From positions 124,001-188,000 of the forward strand of contig QPGO01000115.1 in assembly GCA_008632985.1 (NCBI GenBank): a DNA stretch of 64,000 bases, written 5' to 3'. The translations under genes were made by a program, and so were the position numbers. This document shows, in pieces, positions 46,405 to 58,133 of the stretch. The notes below the pieces were generated by a model. The model searched no databases, had not been told where the DNA came from, and was given only the letters and a program-made list of their open reading frames with translations. Source of the DNA: Psammoneis japonica. Its lineage: Eukaryota. Each line of letters begins with the position of its first letter. The first letter of the stretch is position 1.

Positions 46405-49400
46405 GTGTCATTTAGTCTTGGTGCCAGAACCCCGGGACTGATCCCTGGTTTTTGAAAATGCGGGTTTGAACCCCAAAATGAAAATGCGGGATTGAAACCC
46501 GGGTTTTTATTCACGCAGCTCGCAGTGCTTTTTCTGCATAATTTTGCCATTTCTTAGAACCCAATGTGACTTTGCTTCCCGGTTCTCATGGAAAATAGAT
46601 CACTTGATCCACTGCATGGCTGCTGCTGCTTGCAATGTTGAACAAAGAATTTAACATTTTATGTGGTGTTGCTGTCCTGCTGTTCAACAATGAGACTTTT
46701 GATGTGATTTGCATTCCATCTCTTCACCGCGATTGATGGTGGTGTCCAATCAGTCTTGCGTTTGTTCAAAGCAGCTGAGTGTCTTCCCTGCCAAGCCCAT
46801 GCAACAGTGCATCATGACAGTCAAGGAAACAGGTCTTTTGCTGCTTGCACCTTGGTTGGCAGGGAAGTGCAATGGTTTCCCACACAGGTCGCAACTCAAG
46901 TGCGAGTCTGCCCCGCACCAAACACAGACCCTTGGATGCTTGTGGCTGGCAGACACCGCATCAAAGTGACAACATAAATGTGGCACACTGTGACATGGAA
47001 GAGATTCATTTCCACCCTGCTGAGCGTGTTGGCGCATTGTTCTAATGTCACAAAATTGTCAGCTGTCGTCGTTTGTTCCAAAGCCGCTCTTCGTTGATGG
47101 TTTTGTTGCATTGTGACTCGCATTGCGGAGTCACCATGGCACAGACGTGCTTTGGGGTGACACTGCAGCATTTGTCTTGAGAGTTGGTCTCGGAACTCCC
47201 AGTGACCCACTGGACTGTCATCTTTCCAAGACAAGTCCAACCCACCCTCTGCCACTTCCAAACAAATGTCACATGCAATGACAACAGCCATGGCCTTGCC
47301 TTGGTTCACAGCAGAATGCCAACACTTCCAAGAACGACAGAACATCTTTGCATTTTTGATGCAATGATCCATTGAATCAATTCATGAGCAAGATGAAAGA
47401 TGCAGATCACGGGCTTCATTCATCTTGATTGCCCAGTGTTGCTTGCTCTCGTTTCTGCCCCTTTCCTGACACCTCACATGTTTGTCACACTCGTTGAGGG
47501 CATTCACAGCAGCAATGTTGCACGACAAGGTTGATTGAAATGAGCAAAGCACACGTTGGCATCCCTCAGCACTGCGTGTGGGCACCACAGTCTTGACAGC
47601 AACAATCGCATCATTGAACCTTGCTGCTTTCGATCTTGCATCCGATGGTGTTTGTTTTTTCTGAAAGCACTTCCCTGGCACACCCGAAGGGAGCCGATCC
47701 CTTCAACGTGCAAATGTGGCCGCATGGCCATTTTCTCCAATCCAGCCTGAACTGCAGTCAGCGTCAAAGCAGTTGTCACATGTTGCGTGTGGCTTTCCTT
47801 GGAACATCTTCTTGGGTCCGGCGTCATCACCCATTCTGCCATGATCCACCATTTCGCCTGCTTGTTCCAAGATCATGTGAATTTTCGTCGGGCCCATGGC
47901 ACCCCATCCATCTGTCCTTGGGTGCAATTTGTGTCGGTGAACACAAGCCCGAGGTTGGATCTGGTGCACACCCGACATGATCACTGTCTGACCACCCTTG
48001 GTGATGCCAGGCTTTCCAGCCATGCGACCGGCAATCCCGCCACCAGCTTCACCACAACCCGCATGGCCCCAAGTGGTTTCATCACCACATTGATCCAACT
48101 CTGCATGGTGTGTCATGCGCTGACATTGTGAACTGTTGTGCCGCGAATGTCGTGTCACACTTGCAGGCCGGGTTGCACCCAGCTTCTCCTCTTCTGGGGG
48201 ATGTCATGTTGTTGCATGGCTTCAGTGCTCACTTCATTTGAAGCCAATGTGAATGACAAATTGATGAGGACACATCTGAGTCACAGTTGGATCCATCAGC
48301 CATCCACCTGCGGTGAATGGCTCCATCACCACTGCCACCCTTGATGTCATCTCGGACAATCACTCCATCAAATCTGACAAGCTCCTGGATGCTCACAAGT
48401 TTGAACTGGTGTCCATGCAATGAGCATGGCTTCAACTCTCATGCGGCACAAAATTTGAACATGTTTCTACTTCACTGTAGAACGACTTTCTGGGGTCTGA
48501 GTTGACACCCGAATGTGCAGCATCACACATTGGTGGAATCAATTGACAAAAAACAAAGCATCCCGATTTTTCATCCACTCAGCATTCATTCCCAATGATC
48601 GCAACATGTTTGCATCCAATGATCCTTTCCTCATTGCTGGAAAGAGGTTGCCTTTTGATGCACCCGATCTGTTTGGCATTGACAACATCAAATCCTTGTC
48701 AGCAACATCATCACCAGACATTGACCTGTCCCATCCTGACAAAAGAACTCCCATTCATGGAAAATTCTCTTCCCTTCTGAATTCTCAGGCACTGGTGCGG
48801 TGCCAGTCGGCAAGCTGTGATGAATGTGCCAATGGGAATCTTTCGAAAATGACCCGTGACATAAAAAGCATGAAATGATTGGTGGACGCCTGCAGAATCT
48901 GCACGTTTTTGTGCTGAGGCTGTTGTGTTCACACAATTTGTGCAAAAACAGACTTGACTGTCATCGGGTCAGGTGCATTTTTGCAAATGCATTGAAGAAA
49001 AATGCACCTGATCAGAAAACAGTCAAGTCCATTTTTTTCGCAAAGTTAAAATTCACTGAGGACAGACAGACAGACTTTTCAACAATTGTCTTGGTGCTGT
49101 TCCACACATTTCCACGTAAATGACTCTAAAGTGCGAAAGATTGCCATTGCTTCTTCTCCCCTCTTGCCTCAAACTGAGGGCAGAAAGCACATCTGCTCCA
49201 CCCTCCGGGATTGTCCACATTGGCAAATGGTGGCTCCCCCTTGTCTGCCTTCATTTCAGGCAGCTGCCACCCTTCAGGAGTGCCTGGAACATTCAACTGC
49301 ACTGACGGGTCACGCTCACCAAGGTGCAGCAGCAAGGCAGCATGGTCATTGTCAGCCACAATCTGTTCATCACTGTCTTGGTCCACAACACGCGATCTCA

Positions 49401-50033
49401 ACCGTTCCAAATGGGCTTCAGCACGAGCTCCATCAATGTCGCTGACATTCTCATGCTCTTCGTCACTGTCACCACCATCTCCCATCTCTGTCTCATCCTC
49501 AAGGACATGCCTGGGGTTCACCAGTTGGTCCTCCACAGCTGCGGGACCAAAAGTCTGTGGCCGTCATGTGCAGTGGTGGCCCTGGTTGTTGTGCTGCCAT
49601 TCCACCAAACGCTTCATTGGTGCTTGCAGAGGTGGCCATCTTTGTCACGACGTTGATGCTCTGATTTGCTGAGCGTGTTGCTTTGATGACAATGGTGGTG
49701 GCTGCGGTTGTTGTGGTTTTTTTTTTGCAGTCATCGGCTTTTCAACGCAGACTGAGGTGACATTTCTGCGGTGGTGCGTCACTGCAAAAAACCTGGGATT
49801 CAGCCCCCGAACACCCCGGGTTTCAAGCCCACTCTGGTGACGACAACAAAATGCCAATGTAACTCCAGCCATTTCACATGTTATTTGAAGGGTGAACAGT
49901 CATTGGCATCTAGTCAAAACCTTCTGAGTGATGATCATGTTTGTTTGATCTTTCCATTTGATGGCCAATGGCTGCCAGTGGAAAACCCAGGACTGAATCC
50001 CGGGTTTTTCGGGGCACCCAGACTAAACGACAC
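46405..50033 (-). mobile_element. piggyBac-like DNA transposon with terminal inverted repeats and degenerate DDD transposase (~46750-49735)
   Basis: TIR GTGTCATTTAGTCTTGGTGCC (46405) vs GGCACCCAGACTAAACGACAC (ends 50033); catalytic-like GDETTW, TCDNCF, IDSMDH; C-terminal Cys-rich CVWCG...CDLCG; in-frame stops and frameshifts. Confidence 0.8.
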
Positions 50034-50187
50034 CAGGAATGACCCTCTCCACTCTCCACAAGCTCTCCACTCTAGCCAGTCTAACAATTTCAATGCTGGC
50101 AAACCACTTCAGTCACCCCTCTGTCTTTCCCACAATGAGGCTCTCTCATTTTCTCCTTGATTTGCTCTTCCACCCGCTCATCATAAA

Positions 50188-51681
50188 ATGGATGGAACTT
50201 GCGAAAGTTTCTGATTTGACGGGTCAAGAGGCTTGCACCCATGTGAAGATGGCTCCGGGCGACAGTCCAGAGGTGCATGGCTAAGTCTTTCACATGCCTG
50301 CTGGAATGGTGTTGGAAATTGCAAACTCATGTCCAAAGCTCAGGCGTGGACGATTGCCAACCACTGCAGCGCAGTTTCCCTTGCGAGTCAGCAACTGGTG
50401 TGAGTGGTTGGATGGTCACTCGAGTTGGGCTGTGCCAGAAGATTGCCGGCGATTGATCATGACGACAAGATGGTCCAGGTGACATGAGTGCACACATGCA
50501 GAGAATCATGGCCAGCAATTTCTACAAGCACTCGTTGGACCATCCGAAAACTCAGCTGTCAAAAGTGTTTGCTCACCCATCCTTCACAAGTTGAAGTCAT
50601 TTCAGGATGCAGAAACCTGTCAGACGCTGGGAGACAAACTCTTTCTCCTGAAAGCAGAACTGCAAAAAATTCACACCAGCCCTGCAAAAGAGAACCTCGA
50701 TCGCTTGATTGACGATTCTCCTGACATTCCAATGGTTTGGCGCCTGCTCACAGTCTTTGCTGACACCAGACTCGATGCCCTTCACGATCAAGTTCTCGCT
50801 CCCACCATGGGCTGGAGACATCACTGTCATGGATGTCACTTCATCTGCCCCACGAACAGTGCCATGTTTGGACCACAGGACATTTCTGCCATGGACATGA
50901 TGCATCTGCACAATGAAGGTGAGCATCTCTTGCCATCCAAAAAGTGCAATGTTCGCTCTCTTTTGCACAAAAAGGGTGACAGACTTGGATGTGTTTACGA
51001 CGGCGGTGACCATTGGAGGCATGTTGTCATGGTCCTGGACGTCCTTGACAAGGGAGCTGAACTGAAGGCTCGAGCATGAAAGAAGAAGCCATCCGGACAA
51101 GCTGGACCCAACGCCTTGGTGCTGACGAGACTGTGAATGTCAAGGGAAACTGTCTCATTTTGGGAGAAATCAATTGTCCTCCTGAGGACAGCAGAGGCCC
51201 ACCAGAAGTTGGAGAATGCCATGCATTCCTTCACAAAGGGAAGAACTTTGCTGTTTCTAACCACAACAGTGTCAATTGGAATGACCACGGTGTCACCAAA
51301 CCATGCGAGTTTGACCTTGAAGCCCATCAGCGGCGCTTCCAACAAGCTGTGGGATCATGCAAGAGCAGCTCAAGTGGGCATTTGCAGTTCATGACTCCAA
51401 TGCAACCTGGATTCTTGGGCTTCAAGGCTGGTTTCCTGATGGGCAAATCTGGCAAGAAGGGCCGCGTTGTGCTTGAAGACCATCAAGGTCCGTGTTCCGT
51501 GGAAGTCATTGGCAAGTCATGCCCCAGCGGCACTTGTGCAAATTGTGGCAAACAGGAAGGAAGCAATGCTGCTCCAAAGCTGTTTGATTGCAGTCCTTGG
51601 TGCAAATCTGCTGCCTGCTGTGGGAGATCTTGCCAAAGGGATCATTGGAAAGAGCACAAGAAGGAATGCAACGCCAAATGA
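50188..51681 (+). pseudogene. Degenerate MYND zinc-finger protein gene
   Basis: CANCGK...CSPWCKSAACCGRSCQRDHWKEHKKEC; upstream frame broken by stops. Confidence 0.7.
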
Positions 51682-54600
51682 TGGCAGAGAGAGAGAGAGA
51701 GCGACAAGTGTGAATGAAACATTTTACATCTAATTGCCTTTGCAATGATGCTGGGACTCTGCTGCAAGTGGTTGCCTTTCATTGGTTGTCAGCATGGTCA
51801 ATGGTTGCATGATGTTGACACAAAAACAATCTCATGGTGATGGGCCAATGTTGGGTGTGTTTCGCAGCTTGTCCCAGTCCACAACCCGGTCGCCTCCATT
51901 GCAAGGAACTGCTGCGAAATCAAAGCACGCACATTTTGTCATTGTTCCCAGGCTTTGGGTTGCCGTTTTGGTGCTTCGTCATCATGCTTCCTTCCTTAGA
52001 ATTCTTTTCCAAACACACACGCATGTCCAATGGCCATCGCTCCACCCTGTCCAAGGATGGGCCTGGCAGGATGAGAGACCAATCTTTTCACATGTGGCAG
52101 TGCCTGCCACCACATAAATTCACTTGGCAACATCATGATTCCACTGCTGAAATGGCAGCACCACCAAAACAAGATCCGCAGGAAAACAAATTGACTCCGC
52201 AGGGTCCAGCAGGCTCATGCCTGCGACTCAATGATCTCACTTCCATTCCTGGAAGCAGTTCTTTGCACTCTGCATCAGCATTGTCCCGCCATTCCCAATT
52301 TCGTGGCAATGTCCATGCATGCTGACCCAAAGTCCCAAGCCTTGGCAACAAAGGTCTGTCTGAGCTTTCCACCCTGGAGCAAAAACACAGCATCAACTCC
52401 ATCTCCACGGTCAAAATCAAAGCAATCACCCACGTGTTCATTCCTGTCATTCTTCATCCAAGGCTTTTTGAGATTTGATCCATCCACTTTCTTGACCTTT
52501 GCACACCCCCATTTGTTTCAAAATGAATCTTCACAGACATGGCGCCTTTTAGGGAGAAACAAGACGCGACTGCCGTTGGATTTCAGCACTGTCTTGTCTT
52601 TGCCATTGCCAACAACAAACAAAGCCGTGGCCATGTGTTGAACCATTTGGTGCAACATTTGCCCCAGATGGACTTCATCATCATGGATGGCCATTGTGTG
52701 CCCTTTGCTTTGAACAACTTTTCTGGACCTCTCATTGCAGCAGGGTTGCCGAGCTTGTGCATGAAGAATCTGATGGGTTCACATGTTGATCATTTGTTTT
52801 TAACAATGCTGCTGGATGAAGAGGCATTTGAGATTGGCAACATGCTTGGGGTGAAAAAATGTGTGGCAGAAGAAAGTTTGGAAGTGCATGACAGGAATTG
52901 CTTGCTGTCTTTTAGAGTCCGGCTTTGCAAAACGGAAAGTAAAAAAGGCCGTGGACGAGGTGAATGCATCATGCATTGCCAAAATGGCATCCATGCAGGC
53001 TTCAGACCGAGCTAAAAATCGAGTCATGGTGCACTCTCATCCTTTGGAACATTGGTGGTGATTGCTTGGTGACTCCAAGCTTTGTGTTGGTTTTCCATTT
53101 TGCTGAGAAGTTGGCAGCCAAGAAACTGTGTTCCAAGGTGGCTTTGCACTGTGCCTGAAGAATGAGTGTGAACGAAAGTAGAACAAAGTGCAAAAAGTGG
53201 AAATTGTGAGATTAAATTTTGCTCTGTGATTTTTGGTTTCTCTGAATGAGTTCTCAATGGCCCAAAGCTTTTGCACTGCTTCTGCAGACAAAAGGCCTTT
53301 CAGCAAATGCAATCATGACAACAGATTGTCGGGATGCGATTGCCATTGACATGCAAGATGACAACATTGTCATTCAATTGCATTTGCAATTTTCAACTTC
53401 CAATCAACTCTGTGTGATCATTCTGTCCTTTGCATGCATCCACGATTGTGGCATGATTGACATGTGTGTGATGCACGATCACACACATGCACACAACAGT
53501 TGCATTTTGCAGCTTCAAGGTTGCAGAGTGCAAGGCAGGATGTGGCACCACTCATGTCTCACGATTGTCTTCCAAAATGGGTTCTGCCCTTTCCCCTTGC
53601 ACACAAAACAGGGCAATGACATCCTGGGAGTTTTCAAACATTCCCGGCTAAAATGCTGCAAAGAATCCTCATTGGCAAAACAACCAACCTTCATGTGCTC
53701 AATCCACATCTCGCTGCACCCGCTTGGCATGCCACTGCTGGAGATGCGGCAAGCCGAAAACACACTGGAAAAGTGCAAAAAGAAGCTGCAGGTTTCGAGG
53801 AGAATGGCAGCATCGTGGAAGAAGTAAAGAAAAGCAAGGGTCCATTTCATCCTTTGGAAATTTTGTGATCACCTGTGTCATTTCACAACCATTCACTCAC
53901 TGTGTTGCTGAGTGTTGCACCATCATCGTGAGTGACATTGTGGTCATGCATCTTCCTTTGTTCCAGTTCCTTGACCTCTTGCATCTGCTTGAGAACAGAT
54001 CCTGACTTTGTGCAGGTTGGAACTCGTCACACAGGACCATTGTTTCTACCTCCTGCTCCTCTCATTTGATGCCTCTTGCCAGACCCTGACTTGGCACGTG
54101 GCACAGGATGACGGCAAGGACCATCTTCTTCAGAGGCAACACCATGTCATCCAGTCCACCTGCACCAGCAGTGAGAGAAGCCATTCTGCTCTTGGCTCTT
54201 GCAGGTGCATTCCTGGCAGCATCATGCACAGCACTCAACATGTGTCACCAGACTTTTGCCTTCGAGCAGCCTTTTTTGTTTTAGCGCCATTTCTTCATGC
54301 ACACGCCTTGCCTTTGTCTGCCAGAGGGAGACACAATCAGATCATCATTGCTTTCCGGCAAAGTGGCAGTGAACTCAGAGCCAAACTCTTCTGCCTGTGC
54401 AGCCGCCAACCTGCTTTCTCTGGCTTGCTGCAGTCTCAACATGGACGACACTGGTGCTTCACCATCTGCCTTTGCAGGCCTGAATTCAGAAGACTTTGTT
54501 CTGCCAGGTGCTCATCTTGTGAAATTTGCCTCTCCACTCTTTTTTCTTGGGAGTGGATGATGCTGAACTCGCTCCCACTCTCAGTGCATTGTGGTGGTTT

Positions 54601-55912
54601 TCAGCAACTTGGTCCATTTTTGTCTGCAAGCTCCTCTGTGTTGTCTCACTCTGCAGAAGCCACAAGGGATGCATCCACCAAAGATTCATCCTTGTCGTTC
54701 GATCCAGTGTTCAACAAAGGCATGATTGCGGGCTCACCAAGTGTTGCATTGCATGAATCTTGTCCGCTCTTCAACAAACCTCTGTGATGCTTTTTATCTC
54801 CCGTCAAATCATCTTCCTCGTCCTTGCAGAAGCATTCTTCGTCACCATTGACACTGGTCAGCATGGTCAGGGCCTTGCTCTCCTCTGAACAATGGCCTCC
54901 ATTGTTTCCATGGTTTGATCTGCAAGACTTGATGCAACACATCCATGTTGACCCCACCTTGCAGGAATGTCAGAACTGATGCCAGGCAATGCACAGATGA
55001 AAGGAGACAAGCCATTGTGGCTGACACATCGCCACAGGCATCTTCCTCATCTGCTGGTCCGTTTCTGTGGATTCCTCCATGCGCTCCCCCATGTGAGCAG
55101 CATTGCTCTGATGGACTGCAGTGCAATCACATGGAATGGCCAAGAAACGTCAAAAATGCTTCTGACACAAAATTGACAACAAACCATGAATGATCCTTGA
55201 CATCCAGCCCTGCATCTCTTCAAATTGACAGTCCAAAAAGGTTGTTGGGACAAGGTTGCACCCCTTTACATTTTCTTTCATTTTTCCTCAAGGAAGCACT
55301 CTTCAATTGAGGTTGCATCACATGGAGCACTGAGCATTGCCAGACCAACAGCAGATGGGTTCCAGTCCTAGCTGGAGGTGGGACTCCGTGTGACATTGGG
55401 CCCGCAGAATTCTGCGTGCAAGCTCCGCAGCAAATTTATGCTGCAATGAAAATGTGTGTGATCGCCAAAACAGAAAAAGAGACAATTTTACGAACGCATC
55501 TCCTCCTTCACACAGCACTTGTGGCACATCATTGACAGCTTGCCCGGGCACATTCTTCAGACATTAAAGAACATGCCCAGTGTGTTTTCATTGGCTTCGC
55601 AAAACAGGGAGCATGAAACAATTTCGTAGAATGTCACACGTAGAAATGTGCATGCACGACATACGACGCGATCCAAAAAACTGTTCGATGTCACAGTTCA
55701 GCAGCACGAGGTCCCACCCAGAGCTGGAACGCGTCAGCATTAAAAAAATCATCCGGGCCTGCTGTGGAGAAATGCATCAGATGCATCCTCTGTGGGCCTT
55801 GCCTTCAAGGCTGTTGTGTTCATGTCATTCAAACACATTGTTGTGAGCTGCTGAGGAACAGCAGATTGCATGAGGCGCGGGTTGTGTTGAACCAACGAGT
55901 TTGCGATTCATC

Positions 55913-56445
55913 ATTTTGGAAGCGGCGCCTCGCAAATCGTTGTGTGCTGATGGAGGGAAACTGTGTCTCTGGCAATGCAAGCCTTGTCACGATCTTTGAG
56001 TTGGCAACTGCAACAAGAGATTTCAGGTTTGAATTGAAACTTCATCTCTGGTGATGTGAGTCATGCACTGGTCATGGAGCAACTGACCATGACGTGATGC
56101 CGGCGGGCGACACCTCGCCCCCCACTGTGCAAGAATTTGAATGTGTTGTCAGAATTGTGACAACTGAAGTGAAATTCTGCAGCAGTCGCCAGCAGTGCTC
56201 TCCAACAAAAGAGCAGCAGCAGCATGGGTGCATGAGCTGACCCCCCTTGTCCCCAACAACAGCTCAAGAGCCCCTCAAGCTGGGATGCCATCAGTGGCAA
56301 GTTGGGCATGCCACCACGCCACACTGGGACATCTCCAGCCATGATGCAGTGGCTCCTGGGATGTCTCTTCTCCTGGGCATCGCAGCTGTGTTGCTGTGTG
56401 GAGCATGACAACTTCGTTGAGAGCGGCTGCTCCACAAGCAACAGC
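55913..56445 (+). repeat. Right, TA/CG-eroded copy of the Lhcf upstream region, directly upstream of panE
   Basis: Aligns with 41505-42510. Confidence 0.85.
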
Positions 56446-56577
56446 ATGTTTCCACCCCCCAAGATGTCTGCACGCCCCTCCGTTTTGAACCTCCTTTTTT
56501 TCCGCTTTCCGCGTCACCATGAGCACCGCAAGGCGCCCATAAAATTTCCAGTCTCCAGTCAAATTATTGATCGCATA

Positions 56578-57642
56578 ATGAGCCTCGCTTGTCAGTTAAG
56601 AAGATCAAGAGAAACAATATCGTTTGCTTTGCATCGAGCTTTTTCTGCATCAGACATGAGTGACACATTCTTTATGGAACCAATTCATGTGTTGGGAGCC
56701 GGTTCGATTGGCCTCTTGTTTGCCTCATCCATTCGAGCATCGTTTCCGTCCTTTCCCATACGATTGTTACTGAGACCCAAGCACAAGTCGATTGAAGGCG
56801 ATCATGTTCAAGTGTCAGTCTTTTCAAAGGAAACAAATCGACCTCGGTTGGTATCAATTCCCTTTGAAATTCTTCCCGGGAAAAAGCCAATCCGAAACCT
56901 TCTCATAACAACCAAAGCAACCCATGCTATTGAAGCAGTCGGATCCGTGTTTCATAGATTGGAACCAAATGCAAGAATTATTGTATTAAGTAACGGGGCT
57001 TTGGCAGTACGTCAAGAATTAGAGGAAAAGCTCGTTCACGAAAATACAACAATGCGACTAGTTCTTGCATCAACGACGCATGGAGCTTATCGAGAACATG
57101 ACAATGATGTTGACGACGACGACTTGTGGCACGTTGTCCATGCCGGGGTGGGAAAGACCTTTATTCAAGATGAGCCAGAGCTGAGTCAATTGTGGGATCG
57201 TGCTGGGCTTTGTTCAACAAGTATTTCTGAACGACAAGTCAACATCAACATGTGGCACAAGTTGGCCGCCAATTGTGTTATCAATCCTATTACCGCCTTG
57301 CTGCGGTGTAACAACGGACATCTCTTGGACATACCGGTAGATAACGAGTACAAGACAATTATGCAGAATGTGCTGAAAGAGTTATCAATGGTGGCACTGA
57401 AAGAAACCAATGGCGGAAACGAGTTGGAGTTGGATAGTCTCGTAGACTTTGTTCAACAGGTGGTGAAGGACACTGCGAAGAACAAATCGAGCATGCTGCA
57501 GGATGTTGAGAATAAGAGACACACAGAAATACGATATCTCAATGGATACGTGGTCAAATGTGGGCAAAAACACAGCATACCAACAACTGCGAATGAGAGC
57601 TTGTGCCAACGAATAGAAGAGCTTACTCGAGGCTTTCAATGA
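56578..57642 (+). CDS. panE: Ketopantoate reductase (PanE/ApbA family)
   Basis: IHVLGAGSIG, TTKA, SNG, WHKLAANCVINPITAL, NKSSMLQDV..RHTEIRYLNGYVV. Confidence 0.9.
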   Translation: MSLACQLRRSRETISFALHRAFSASDMSDTFFMEPIHVLGAGSIGLLFASSIRASFPSFPIRLLLRPKHKSIEGDHVQVSVFSKETNRPRLVSIPFEILPGKKPIRNLLITTKATHAIEAVGSVFHRLEPNARIIVLSNGALAVRQELEEKLVHENTTMRLVLASTTHGAYREHDNDVDDDDLWHVVHAGVGKTFIQDEPELSQLWDRAGLCSTSISERQVNINMWHKLAANCVINPITALLRCNNGHLLDIPVDNEYKTIMQNVLKELSMVALKETNGGNELELDSLVDFVQQVVKDTAKNKSSMLQDVENKRHTEIRYLNGYVVKCGQKHSIPTTANESLCQRIEELTRGFQ

Positions 57643-58133
57643 CAACATCCTTCCTCGCTAACGCTGCATGACACAAGCATCGAGACTGCAAGAGAAATTT
57701 CAAGTCACTGCCGAGAGCCTTCACAAAGAATAGAACAGCCCACTCGAACGTTTTACTGGACGAACGTAACATTCCGTGTGATTATGCAACACAAATTTTA
57801 AAAGTCACAAATAGCAACGACATTTTATCTTTGCACTGAAATTCTAGCTTTATCCTTGACGACAGTGGCGGCGTTGTACACACAGTTCACATCTCACGTG
57901 TGTTTTCCACACCCCAGATGAGAGTGATGACGCGGCCTATCGATAGAATATAATAATAATAATGCGAGCGACGACGAACCATCACCAGCCCGTACGGAAC
58001 TGACCATGAATGCACCTCCAACGCTACTTGATACGCGACCATGCCAAGGTCAAAACTTTTCTTTCAAAATACAAGAATGCAACCTCGTTGCCTTTACAAA
58101 CATACACAAATAGAGAGAGTCCCCCTTTTTTCA

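Larger units (their letters stand above)
41810..56500. other. TpA-depleted block of transposon and pseudogene relics
   Basis: TA very rare throughout; almost Tyr-free Cys/His-rich ORFs in all frames. Confidence 0.9.

Noticed and set aside
51900..55900. Specific identities for further pseudogene-like relics
   Set aside because: Fragments look coding-derived but I could not recognise any family motif with confidence
56302..56577. Long N-terminal extension of PanE
   Set aside because: Largely in the TA-depleted repeat copy; ATG at 56578 is the more plausible start
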